A DNA stretch of 64,000 nucleotides from Candidatus Ozemobacteraceae bacterium (GCA_965140445.1 OZ223236.1:1920001-1984000), one strand, 5' to 3'; positions 41,388-50,873 are shown, counted from the stretch's first letter. Notes: generated from the sequence alone by a model not told the origin. A program made the numbers and translations.

Positions 41388-41965
41388 TTGTGTTTTCCTA
41401 TGAGCGTTGTTAGCTGGGCAATCTGTTTTTCATCTTTATCAAAAACTGATACCGTAACCTTTTTCAACTTGGGAACGGATAAAGACCCAAAAAACTCAAC
41501 CTCGACTACTCTTCTGAATCTTCGCATGTCTTCAGGATAAGTGGTTAATTTTTTCAACATTGCTTTGGGATAAAGATTTTGGAGTTTTCTCCAGCTCGTT
41601 TTCATATCGTCATCAGTAAGGGATTTGTCAGTAAAGATATCTGTGAAAACCTTTTTGAAATTTTCTTTATTGATAAAAGCCTCTTCAAATTTTGGCCTAT
41701 CCTGATACACTTCTTTAAAATTAAAATAATCAGATTGAATCAGATCAAATGGTAGCCCTTTGATTTCTTCTATTTTTTCTCTGGCGATATTGTAGGCGAG
41801 AACGTGTTCTTCAACATTATGAGTTCCCTGTGCCCCAAAAATAAACATATTTGTAAATGGCAAAGCAATAATTCCCACAAGAAAAAGAACTGTGAGAATT
41901 TCTATTAAAGTAAACCCATCGCGACAAAGGGTAAAGATTCTGTTTTTGTGAGCAAAAAGTGCCAT
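41384..41965 (-). CDS. Prepilin-type protein (PilV/GspI-like minor pilin)
   Basis: G|FTLIEIL, A...A.E.IEEIK and C-terminal K.VTVSV. Confidence 0.8.
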   Translation of the reverse strand: MALFAHKNRIFTLCRDGFTLIEILTVLFLVGIIALPFTNMFIFGAQGTHNVEEHVLAYNIAREKIEEIKGLPFDLIQSDYFNFKEVYQDRPKFEEAFINKENFKKVFTDIFTDKSLTDDDMKTSWRKLQNLYPKAMLKKLTTYPEDMRRFRRVVEVEFFGSLSVPKLKKVTVSVFDKDEKQIAQLTTLIGKHK

Positions 41966-41967
41966 TC

Positions 41968-44900
41968 TTATTTTTGCATTGCCTCGGTTGCTATTCTTAC
42001 CTGATTTCTACCATTATCTTTGGCAATATACAAGGCCTTGTCCGCTTCTTCAATCAGTTCTTCAACAGAAGGGTCCCTTGTGCCAAGGGCTGTAATGCCT
42101 ACTGAGGCCGTTACTTTCATGGTTGAATCCTTATATTGATATACGGAGCCTTCAATAGCTTTTCTTATTCTTTCAGCTACAACAAATCCTTCTTTTATAT
42201 TCGTCTGGGGAAGGATTACTGCCATCTCTTCTCCGCCATATCGACCTGGAGTGTCTACCGAGCGGATACTCTCCACTATTCTTTGAGCTGTTTCTTTCAA
42301 AACATGATCACCGGCCTGATGCCCGTAGGTGTCGTTAAATTTCTTGAAGTGATCAATATCAATCAAAATAATGGCAACATCAAGTTGGTAACGTTTTGAG
42401 CGGTTTACTTCTTTATCAAGGTTTGCCATAAAGAATCTTCGCACGTATAGCTTGGTCAGGCCGTCTGTGATCGCCTGCTCGAATAAGCGTTGTTTTTCAA
42501 TAATTAACGAAAGGTGATGTCTTAGCGTTTCAATAAAGCTGTTTTCGTCCTCGGAAAAAACTGCACCTTTTTCCAGGCGACTTTGGTCAAAAACCAGATA
42601 AATTGCTCCAAATTTTTTATCTTCAAAAAATAAGGGAATCCCAAGGATATGCTTGGATAGCTTTTCATCAAAATGGGTGGTAGTTCTGAATGTTTTCAAT
42701 GCTTTTCTGGCAACATTCCTGATAGAATCAGCTTCTTCTTCGCTTCTATTTTCGGATAGATAAATGAGGTTTTCGCCTTCGCCTTCATTTACCCAGCCAG
42801 TGCCGCCGCTTTCTGCGCCAAGATGTTTTGTTAGATTCTCAGATGCAAGTTCAAAAACTTCTCTTTGATTGTGGGAAGTTGATGCTTTCTGAGTGAGGTT
42901 GTAAAGCACGGTTAATTCTGTCAGCCTGTTTCTCAGCCTTTTCGTCATAAAGTTGAAGGTGGAAGACAGTTCTCCAAGTTCATCCTTTGAAAAAACCGGA
43001 AGCTCAAGGCTTAACTCACCATTGGTAATATCTTTTGCTCCGCGTGAAATAATAGAAACCGGAGTTAAAAATTCCTTAACAATAATTGTGACCAGGAAGA
43101 TTGAAGCCAGAAGCGTGAAAGACAGTGCTGCGGCGATAATCATATATATGAAATGGATCGATTCCATGATTTTGTTCCATTTAATCCTGGCACCGATCAG
43201 ATAATCAGCGACAAATTTACCCACATTTACCGCAACCAGCTGTTTGTTGTTTCCATCGGTAATCTTATCTGTTTCAGGTGTTTGATTCAATTTCACCGTG
43301 GACATTAATGGCAAAAGGTTTGCTTTGAATGTTGGTGTGATTTTTGGGAAGGTTTCCGAAATGTCATTCAGGTTAACAACAAAAACTTCAAAATCGTGAT
43401 TGGATTTAAATTGTCTTGTTATTGCCTGTTTCAGGTAGGCATTGTCGGTCATTTGCTTGTCTAAGGTTGCAACAATTGCATAAGCCTGACCAGATTCTGT
43501 GGTTACAATATCGGTGTAAAGTAATTTTCTACGACTGGTTCCCGGCCATAAAACCTGGTGTAAGGTTTCAGTGTTTCTGGCAACAAGATCTATGAAACCG
43601 CCCGTTAGCAATTGATTGATGTTTTTCAATTCCTCTGATTTATCATGTGCCTCAATGGAGTTGTTAAGGGTTCTTTTGCCCAGCTCTTTTATAAATGCTT
43701 TGCTTTGAGGTGTCTTGGAAATATTTCCAATATCGAACTCTATATCTCCATTGACAGAAACAAGATAGAAGTTTTCGATTTTTCCGGTTTTGTAGAACGC
43801 GAACATTGATTGATAGAGTTCAGCCCTGTTCATAGATGTAATTTCCGGGAGTTTTTTCAGGTTTCTAAGCCATGAATTGACACCCCTGTAGTAGTCCTGA
43901 CTGGCGGTATCTATTCGCTCAATTATATCAATTAAGCCCAGGTCGGCTTGATTGCTGAGTAGTTTCTCTTTACTTAGAGAAAATTGTAGTGCAATAAAGA
44001 TCAAGACTGAAATAGGAAGGAGCATGCACAGGAAAAACAGCGAAGAAAGCTTTTTCTTCAGTGATAATCCATGGTCAAGGTTTCTTCGGAAGAAGTGGAA
44101 AAAGAGAAAGCCAAGTAGTCCTGCAATTACAATGGCAATTGTTCGGGCCGTTGAAAGATCAGATTCCATCATTATTCTCAATCCTTTGATCGAAAACAAC
44201 GAAAAGATATTATAAGGTGAGGTTTCTGTCATTGGCATGGACATAAAAACCCAGTCATTTTCAATCAGAGGTGATTGATGTTCTCTTTTAAAAACCTCTA
44301 TCAGGTTTTTTGCTACAGGGGTTAGCTTCGGATAGGCAAGTTTAATTGCATCGCTTGTGGAGTCAAAGTATCCATTGGAAAAGTCTGGATTCGCAGTCGG
44401 ATCTTTTCCTAGAACCTGGTTAACCCCAAAAAGATCGTTGAGGTCGCTTTGGCAAACAATTGCTGCAAAGCCCCCCTGTTCATTATTGTCCGAATTAAAA
44501 TAATCCCAGAAAAAATAAGCTTTCTTTGAATCTTCAATGAATGAAATGACTTTATCTGGGCTTTGCAGAGCCTGAGTTATCGGGAAGTTCTCGTCGACAA
44601 ATGGGTAAAGCCTGGCCAGGAAGTCCTTGTTTTTTTGTTTAAAGTTTTCAAGTTGGGTTGTAGTTTGTAGCAATGCGCCTGTCGTAAAATCATTGTGGGC
44701 ATCAGTTAAAAGTTTCGAAAATGCTTCTCCCTGAGCAATGGAGACTGGAAAAGTGCTCGAAGAGACCAGTTCTTTAATTAAATTGTTTTGCTTGTCCCAG
44801 AAAACCAGATTGGTTCCGGGTGGAAGTTCAGTTAACAGGTCATCCAGGAGACCGCGTTTATCAAAGTCGCCTTTTACAAAGTTTTTACGGAAATTGTTTC

Positions 44901-45147
44901 TGAAGCTCTGAAAAAGCTGCTGGAAAATTTGCTTGTTAGAAGAACGACTTCGGAAACTGATCAGCTCTCTTTGGTAGTATTTTATCGTCCTGTCTCTGGT
45001 TTCAAAATATTGATTTTCCACCAGCGTTTTATGGCATTCAAGGAAAATAAATAACGGTAAAATAGCAAAGAAAACATACACAGCGACCCACAAAATCGGT
45101 TTATTCAGACTTGATGAATATATTTTGTTTGTATCTGCTGATTTCAT
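41968..45147 (-). CDS. Multi-TM HAMP-GAF-GGDEF diguanylate cyclase
   Basis: TDGLT.LY, DIDHFK.FND.YGH..GD, RYGGEEM with an upstream RSVD I-site, and ADKALY.AK..GRN. Confidence 0.92.
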   Translation of the reverse strand: MKSADTNKIYSSSLNKPILWVAVYVFFAILPLFIFLECHKTLVENQYFETRDRTIKYYQRELISFRSRSSNKQIFQQLFQSFRNNFRKNFVKGDFDKRGLLDDLLTELPPGTNLVFWDKQNNLIKELVSSSTFPVSIAQGEAFSKLLTDAHNDFTTGALLQTTTQLENFKQKNKDFLARLYPFVDENFPITQALQSPDKVISFIEDSKKAYFFWDYFNSDNNEQGGFAAIVCQSDLNDLFGVNQVLGKDPTANPDFSNGYFDSTSDAIKLAYPKLTPVAKNLIEVFKREHQSPLIENDWVFMSMPMTETSPYNIFSLFSIKGLRIMMESDLSTARTIAIVIAGLLGFLFFHFFRRNLDHGLSLKKKLSSLFFLCMLLPISVLIFIALQFSLSKEKLLSNQADLGLIDIIERIDTASQDYYRGVNSWLRNLKKLPEITSMNRAELYQSMFAFYKTGKIENFYLVSVNGDIEFDIGNISKTPQSKAFIKELGKRTLNNSIEAHDKSEELKNINQLLTGGFIDLVARNTETLHQVLWPGTSRRKLLYTDIVTTESGQAYAIVATLDKQMTDNAYLKQAITRQFKSNHDFEVFVVNLNDISETFPKITPTFKANLLPLMSTVKLNQTPETDKITDGNNKQLVAVNVGKFVADYLIGARIKWNKIMESIHFIYMIIAAALSFTLLASIFLVTIIVKEFLTPVSIISRGAKDITNGELSLELPVFSKDELGELSSTFNFMTKRLRNRLTELTVLYNLTQKASTSHNQREVFELASENLTKHLGAESGGTGWVNEGEGENLIYLSENRSEEEADSIRNVARKALKTFRTTTHFDEKLSKHILGIPLFFEDKKFGAIYLVFDQSRLEKGAVFSEDENSFIETLRHHLSLIIEKQRLFEQAITDGLTKLYVRRFFMANLDKEVNRSKRYQLDVAIILIDIDHFKKFNDTYGHQAGDHVLKETAQRIVESIRSVDTPGRYGGEEMAVILPQTNIKEGFVVAERIRKAIEGSVYQYKDSTMKVTASVGITALGTRDPSVEELIEEADKALYIAKDNGRNQVRIATEAMQK

Positions 45148-45220
45148 TACATTTTTCTGGATTTAGCATGAGTGTACATGTTAATCATATTAAAGCTATT
45201 TATATCACTGGGAGTAGATT

Positions 45221-45931
45221 ATGTCTATTGGCAAAAAAAAATATTTGTGCCTTTTAACTCTGATAATTAATTTGTTTTTCCTTTCTCCAGGTTATTCTGT
45301 TCCAATACATGTCATGGAGGGCGGTGTACCATACGCATCTCCAGATGCATTGATCGAAGAAGGAATCAGGCTTGGAAGCGCCGAGCTTCTCAGGAAGGCC
45401 TGGAGCCACTACGAAGATTCTCTTAAAATAAATGAAGACGCCAAAGATGGCTTTCTTGAACTTGGAAAAATCTATTTTCATCTTTCTTTGATGGGAATTT
45501 CTACTGAGAAAGAATTTGAAACTGCACGGCGGTATGCTGGAAAAGCAGTAAAGAATAACCCTGAAGACCCTCAAGCCCACCAGGCTCTTGGTTTAACCTT
45601 TGCCGGAAGAGGGGCTTTCCTTGAAGCATTTGAGGAACTGACGATCGCCTTTCATTTGAATCCTGGAAATGAATATGTTTACTGTGATTTAGCAGCTCTT
45701 CATCTGGCTTTACAACAGCCTAAAAAAACAATTGAGCTTCTGGAAGGCCGAAACCTTAAGAATGGCTGGTCTTATCTGGTTCTTGCAATGGCATGGTTGC
45801 ACCAGGATAAAAAGGGAAAAGCTGTTTTAAACCTTATGAAAGCCAAAAAACTTGGATACGAAGGCTACTGGTTAGATCGAGCTTTAAAAAGACTTAGTAA
45901 AGAATTAAATCTTCCGTTAAATTCCTACTAG
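45221..45931 (+). CDS. Exported TPR protein
   Basis: Signal peptide and TPR patterns (NPEDPQAHQALG, LNPGNEY.Y..LA). Confidence 0.75.
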   Translation: MSIGKKKYLCLLTLIINLFFLSPGYSVPIHVMEGGVPYASPDALIEEGIRLGSAELLRKAWSHYEDSLKINEDAKDGFLELGKIYFHLSLMGISTEKEFETARRYAGKAVKNNPEDPQAHQALGLTFAGRGAFLEAFEELTIAFHLNPGNEYVYCDLAALHLALQQPKKTIELLEGRNLKNGWSYLVLAMAWLHQDKKGKAVLNLMKAKKLGYEGYWLDRALKRLSKELNLPLNSY

Positions 45932-45937
45932 ATAAAT

Positions 45938-45988
45938 AAAAAAAAGCTACGAAAACCAATTTTAATGAGGTTTTCGTAGCTTTTTTTT
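45938..45988. terminator. Bidirectional intrinsic terminator between convergent genes
   Basis: A8-GCTACGAAAACC...GGTTTTCGTAGC-T9. Confidence 0.88.
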
Positions 45989-45995
45989 TCTCGGA

Positions 45996-46574
45996 TTAGT
46001 GAAAAAGATTTTTGTATAAGAACAGGACAACCATGAGTCCCATAAAGATTCCGATACAAGTTGTAATCGGGTTTTTGTTGTACTGATACATCAATTTTTC
46101 CTTGAGAGTAGGGGAGTATTGCGTCCATCGAAGAAGCTCACGAGTATGCAACTCGTATTTTTCCACGACTTTGAAGCTTGAGTTTGTTTTGGCCATTAAT
46201 CTATGTTCGTGATATTTAAAGGTTATTGTTTTATCACCATCAAGAACCCCATGCAAATCACAATACCACTGAAAATTGTCCGAACTTAAAGCCACCAGAA
46301 AATACTTGCAATCCTTGGTTGGCGGCACAGGGGGCTTTGGTAAATATTGGGTCCCCAGATACATGGTCTTGGCATTATCATAATCGCTCCAGCGCGGAAT
46401 ATTTTTCCCCGTTTCCTTCAGATACTTCTCTGTCGCTTCGTTAAGCATTTTCAGATTAGCTCTGCATTCCTGTGTGATTTCTTTCCCTGTATCAATGGCA
46501 AAAGCCGTAGAAGTTGAAAATGCAATAAATACCACAGCAAACACAATTGCGATGGCTTGTTTAAAAAGCTTCAA
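45996..46574 (-). CDS. Exported, C-terminally anchored protein with a pilin-like C..N...C..HG domain
   Basis: Sec-type signal (AFA), ECRANLKML.EA.EKY, YL...P.PP..C.Y, WYCDLHG and a C-terminal TM helix. TTG start with GGAGG RBS. Confidence 0.6.
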   Translation of the reverse strand: MKLFKQAIAIVFAVVFIAFSTSTAFAIDTGKEITQECRANLKMLNEATEKYLKETGKNIPRWSDYDNAKTMYLGTQYLPKPPVPPTKDCKYFLVALSSDNFQWYCDLHGVLDGDKTITFKYHEHRLMAKTNSSFKVVEKYELHTRELLRWTQYSPTLKEKLMYQYNKNPITTCIGIFMGLMVVLFLYKNLFH

Positions 46575-46608
46575 ACTGTGACCTCCAGAAAATTCAAGAC
46601 ATTACTAC

Positions 46609-46640
46609 TTGATTTTGCCACGAATTATGAGTAAAATCAA
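46609..46640. promoter_or_regulatory. Overlapping divergent sigma70 promoters (tRNA and pilin-like gene)
   Basis: Plus strand TTGATT-17-TAAAAT; minus strand TTGATT-17-CAAAAT. Confidence 0.5.
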
Positions 46641-46651
46641 AAAACAAAATT

Positions 46652-46725
46652 GCACCTATAGCTCAGGTGGATAGAGCACAGGATTCCTAATCCTGGGGCC
46701 CCAAGTTCGAGTCTTGGTAGGTGCA
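46652..46725 (+). tRNA. tRNA-Arg(CCT)
   Basis: Cloverleaf with acceptor GCACCTA/TAGGTGC, D arm GCTC/GAGC, anticodon arm CAGGA-TTCCTAA-TCCTG and T arm CCAAG-TTCGAGT-CTTGG. CCA is not encoded. Confidence 0.96.
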
Positions 46726-46773
46726 TTTTTTTATGCCTGTTTTTCTCATCATACCCGCGAATTTTCTCCCCCC

Positions 46774-46800
46774 CGTCATGCCCGTGAAGACGGGCATCCA
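46774..46800 (+). repeat. CGTC-tagged REP-like palindrome, copy A
   Basis: CGTC-ATGCCCGT-GAAG-ACGGGCAT-CCA, perfect 8-bp stem. Confidence 0.8.
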
Positions 46801-47095
46801 CCTAATTTCTTTTTATCCAGTTTATTAGCTTGTTTTGATATAAAAAAAGTCTTAAAAGTCTCTTTTTTACATCAAAAGCATACCTCTAAGACCAAAAAAC
46901 ACCATGTTTTCGCTGAAAAAATGGCTAAAAATAGTAATCTTCAAAGGTCCGACCTGAAATTTGGAGAAATACCCCGCCGAAATACCCCGAAATTCACCCT
47001 AGCGCTTTCTCTTGTTCCGGTAAAAGAACTGCTATATCTACTACCTTTATTAGAAAGCTTATTGATTTAATTACCTTAGAATAGTGTGGGCAAGA

Positions 47096-47926
47096 TCAAT
47101 CACTCCACCATTTTCCTATTTTATAAATACCCCAACCAGCAATCCCAGCGGCAACTGCTGGAGCGGCTACCGCAATGGCGGCTCCAGTTGCCATTCCACC
47201 GCTCACAGTCCCACCAAGCGCCGCTAATCCGCTGGCTATTCCTGCAGCGCTCAAGCCCGCAGTAGTTCCAACGGCTGAGATTGTAGCAACAGTTCCAGCT
47301 GCACCAACTACAGTGCCGACTTTGGCGGCGGTTCTGCCTGAGGACCTTAGGTTCCGTTCTCTTTTAGATAAATTTTTATCATCTGCTAATGATTTATGGA
47401 CAGCAATATTTGTGACTATTGCAGGGACGGCAGCAAGGGTAGCAAGCCCGCCCATCGCGCCACCAATCCCGATGCCTGCTAAGCCAGACATTACCCCTGC
47501 GCCTGATAGACCAGCTGCGGTTCCTGCTGATGCAACTAAAGTCAAAGAACCGGTGCCTAATGCATAGGTTCCAACCGCAGCACCGGTGACAGTGAAAACA
47601 TCCGTTACCTGGTCACTTTTTATTTCGCCAGTTTTGCAATATCGTGCAAAATGCTCACAATTATTGGTAAATAAACCATAGTCTTTTTCACCCATTTTTT
47701 CTCTAGCTAGTCTTATGGTTTTGTTGGCACTGAAACACTCTGAATACTCCAGAATAAATGGTGTGTCCCCATCACAAAACTCTTCAAACGTAGTTTCTCT
47801 AATGGAGGCGTTTGATTTGGAACCAGGTTCTCCTGTGAAGTGAATTACTCTTTTTTTCCCTAAATAGATCCCATGGTGAGAGTATTTCGCACTGCGGTTA
47901 ACAAAAACATGATCTCCTCTTTTCAC
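47096..47926 (-). CDS. LRAT/NC-domain (permuted NlpC/P60) protein with a glycine-zipper C-terminus
   Basis: GDHV...YSHHGIYLG...VIHF and Y.LFTNNCEHFA.YC.TG catalytic motifs, then a Gly/Ala-rich hydrophobic tail. GTG start with AAGGGG RBS. Confidence 0.85.
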   Translation of the reverse strand: MKRGDHVFVNRSAKYSHHGIYLGKKRVIHFTGEPGSKSNASIRETTFEEFCDGDTPFILEYSECFSANKTIRLAREKMGEKDYGLFTNNCEHFARYCKTGEIKSDQVTDVFTVTGAAVGTYALGTGSLTLVASAGTAAGLSGAGVMSGLAGIGIGGAMGGLATLAAVPAIVTNIAVHKSLADDKNLSKRERNLRSSGRTAAKVGTVVGAAGTVATISAVGTTAGLSAAGIASGLAALGGTVSGGMATGAAIAVAAPAVAAGIAGWGIYKIGKWWSD

Positions 47927-48246
47927 TTTTGTATCCCCTTATTTGCCTTCTTAATTAGATTTTACTAAAAATTAAGCTTTTTCAGAAGATCTAGTTAGCA
48001 GCAGAAATCAAGGTGTAACAAATGTAGTATTTCGAGCAAAACAATTTTATATATATATTTTATTTTTTCATTACATAAACTTTTATCTGAAAACACTGCA
48101 CTTTATGCATTATCCGCTATTGATCAATGTCGGAAAGTTAAAATCAATACATTAAAGTATACCAGATACAACACAAAAATACTGACAAACCCGTTGAACA
48201 TGGTTAATATGGTTTCGTAATATCATACAAACAACAGAGGTAACTA

Positions 48247-49704
48247 ATGCTAACCGGGGAAATACGCAACAAAGTTGATGCTCTATGGACCGCGTTCTGG
48301 ACTGGGGGCATCGCAAACCCGCTTACGGTAATCGAACAGATTTCGTATCTGCTTTTTATTAAGCGGTTGGATGACATTCATACTCTGAAAGAGCTGAAGG
48401 CCAATAGAATCAACAAGCCAGTTGAAGATCCGGTATTTAGCGATAAACAGCAGCATCTGCGCTGGTCAAAGTTCAAGCACCTTGAGCCAGGTGAAATGTT
48501 TAAGTTGTTTCAGGAAGAAGTATTTCCCTTCATAAAGAATCTTGCCAGTAGCACAGACACTACTTTTGCTAAGACAATGGCAGATGCAATCTTCATTATC
48601 CCCAAGCCCAGCCTTCTAACTCAGGCAGTGGAATTAATCGAAGACATCCCCATGAAGGATCGTGACACCAAGGGCGATGTTTACGAATACATGCTGGGTA
48701 AGATCTCTTCAGCTGGCCAGAACGGGCAGTTTAGAACGCCACGTCATATCATCAAAATGATGGTTGAGCTGATGCAGCCAAAAGTTAAAGATTTTATTTG
48801 TGACCCCGCCTGTGGAACTGCGGGCTTCCTGGTTGCTGCAGGTGAGTATATCCGTGAGCATAGCGAGATTGAATATCACTCGTCCGATAACCGTGACCAC
48901 GTTAATGGCCGTCTGTTCAATGGGTTCGACTTTGATACCACGATGTTGCGCATAGGAAGCATGAACATGATGATGCATGGGGTCGAAAATCCCAACATCA
49001 TGTATAAAGACTCGCTTTCGGACAATAATAAAGAAGCTGAGGAATATACTCTTGTTCTTGCTAATCCACCATTTAAGGGTAGTCTGGCTTATGATGAAGT
49101 TTCAAAGAAGCTGTTAGAGACTGTAAAGACCAAGAAAACTGAGATTCTTTTTCTGGCACTTATGCTGAGACTTCTCAAATCTGGTGGAAGATGTGCGGTC
49201 ATTGTTCCTGATGGTGTGCTTTTTGGCTCATCCAAGGCCCACCTTGACATCCGAAAAGAGATTATTGACTCACACCGCCTGGAGGCAGTTATCTCTTTAC
49301 CAGCAGGCGTATTTAAGCCTTATGCCGGTGTAAGCACCGGGATCATGATATTTACCAAGACCGGAACAGGTGGAACTGACAAAGTGTGGTTCTATGACAT
49401 GCAGGCCGACGGATACAGCCTGGACGATAAGAGAAACAAGATCGATGCCGATGATATCCCGGATGTTATCAAGCGCTGGCATAACCTTGAAGCAGAAAGC
49501 AAACGTAAACGAACTGATAAGTCATTCATGGTGCCTGTAGATGACATCAGGAAAGAAAAATATGACCTGACAGTAGGCAGATATAAAGAGATTGTCTACG
49601 ATGAAGTGAAATACGATCCACCGAAAGTCATACTCGCCGAGATCATGAGTATGGAAAAAGAGATCCAGAAAGGCCTTGAAGAACTGGATGGTATGCTGGG
49701 ATGA
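48247..49704 (+). CDS. hsdM: Type I restriction-modification methyltransferase subunit M
   Basis: GQFRTPRHI, DPACGTAGFL (SAM binding), LANPPF (amino-methyltransferase) and VPDGVLF. Confidence 0.96.
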   Translation: MLTGEIRNKVDALWTAFWTGGIANPLTVIEQISYLLFIKRLDDIHTLKELKANRINKPVEDPVFSDKQQHLRWSKFKHLEPGEMFKLFQEEVFPFIKNLASSTDTTFAKTMADAIFIIPKPSLLTQAVELIEDIPMKDRDTKGDVYEYMLGKISSAGQNGQFRTPRHIIKMMVELMQPKVKDFICDPACGTAGFLVAAGEYIREHSEIEYHSSDNRDHVNGRLFNGFDFDTTMLRIGSMNMMMHGVENPNIMYKDSLSDNNKEAEEYTLVLANPPFKGSLAYDEVSKKLLETVKTKKTEILFLALMLRLLKSGGRCAVIVPDGVLFGSSKAHLDIRKEIIDSHRLEAVISLPAGVFKPYAGVSTGIMIFTKTGTGGTDKVWFYDMQADGYSLDDKRNKIDADDIPDVIKRWHNLEAESKRKRTDKSFMVPVDDIRKEKYDLTVGRYKEIVYDEVKYDPPKVILAEIMSMEKEIQKGLEELDGMLG

Positions 49705-50825
49705 GCTGGCCTACATTTTCTCTACTTGAACTTTGTAATGTATCAACAGGGAAAAGGGATGCTAATCACGGCGAAAATGGTGGTGATTACCCTTTTTATA
49801 CTTGCGCTGCAGAGCCAATAGCTTCACCGACTTTCTCTTTTGAAGGTGAATCAATAATTATTCCTGGAAATGGAGCTAACGTTGGATTGGTGCTATTCTA
49901 TGACGGGAAGTTTGAAGCTTATCAAAGAACGTATATTCTCAATTCCTTTTCCAATAAGGTTTTGCCAAAATATCTGTTTCTAAATCTCAAAGGGATGTGG
50001 AGCAGACATTGTTCAAATCTCCAGTTCGGAAGTGCAACAAATTATATAAAGATGGACTCTTTTGAAAAATTTAAAATCCCCCTCCCACCTCTACCAATCC
50101 AGAAAAGGATTGCGGCGGTGCTGGAGAAGGCCGATGAGTTACGGCGCAAGCGCGAAGAGCAGATAAAGCGGCTCGATGACCTGCTGCAGGCGACCTTCCT
50201 CGATATGTTCGGTGATCCCGTTACCAACCCGAAGGGATGGCCTATAGGGCAAATAAAGGGTTTTGCAGATGTGAGAATAGGTCCTTTCGGAAGCTTATTG
50301 CACGTTGAGGATTATATTGAAGGTGGAATCCCCTTGGTTAACCCATCACACATTGTTGATGGGGAAATAGTTCCTGACCCCAAACTGTCTTTAACCGATG
50401 ATAAATTTGAGGAGCTTTCCACATACGCCTTAGCTGAAGGAGATGTGGTGATTGGTCGAAGGGGCGAGATTGGTCGATGTGCTGTAGTAAAGAAAAAGAG
50501 GCTCTTCTGTGGTACTGGGAGCATGTTTATTCGCATTAAAAACTCGTTCATACCAGATATTTTACAAAGAGTTATCTCATCAGATCAGGTTAAGCAACTG
50601 TTGTTAAATCAATCTGTTGGAGTAACAATGAAGAATTTGAATGCTGGAATCATTAAAGATTTGCAGGTGCCATTGTTTCCTCTATCTCTGCAAAGAAGGT
50701 TTTTGACCTTTTCACAGAGCCTCGCTCAGCAGAAGAAAGAAATGCAAGACTCGTCAAGAACAATATCGAGTTTTCTTAACTCCCTCATGCAGCGAGCATT
50801 CAAAGGAGAGCTGGATCTGAAATGA
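49701..50825 (+). CDS. hsdS: Type I restriction-modification specificity subunit S
   Basis: Two TRDs, IPLPPL..QKRIA coiled coil, MFGDP..NPKGW spacer and SLMQRAFKGEL end. Overlaps the hsdM stop (ATGA). Confidence 0.95.
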   Translation: MSWPTFSLLELCNVSTGKRDANHGENGGDYPFYTCAAEPIASPTFSFEGESIIIPGNGANVGLVLFYDGKFEAYQRTYILNSFSNKVLPKYLFLNLKGMWSRHCSNLQFGSATNYIKMDSFEKFKIPLPPLPIQKRIAAVLEKADELRRKREEQIKRLDDLLQATFLDMFGDPVTNPKGWPIGQIKGFADVRIGPFGSLLHVEDYIEGGIPLVNPSHIVDGEIVPDPKLSLTDDKFEELSTYALAEGDVVIGRRGEIGRCAVVKKKRLFCGTGSMFIRIKNSFIPDILQRVISSDQVKQLLLNQSVGVTMKNLNAGIIKDLQVPLFPLSLQRRFLTFSQSLAQQKKEMQDSSRTISSFLNSLMQRAFKGELDLK

Positions 50826-50833
50826 CTTCTAGC

Positions 50834-50861
50834 CGTCACACCCGCGAAGGCGGGTGTCCAG
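50834..50861 (+). repeat. CGTC-tagged REP-like palindrome, copy B
   Basis: CGTC-ACACCCGC-GAAG-GCGGGTGT-CCAG, perfect stem, 12 bp upstream of the GIY-YIG start. Confidence 0.88.
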
Positions 50862-50873
50862 GAAAGGAAGTGA

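Noticed and set aside
46714..47070. 118-aa ORF after the tRNA
   Set aside because: It overlaps the tRNA and REP copy A, has no RBS and no recognisable motif; likely spurious.
49701..50825. Phase-variable (invertible) hsdS locus
   Set aside because: Only one hsdS is present, with no silent TRD cassettes, no recombinase and no long inverted repeats seen.
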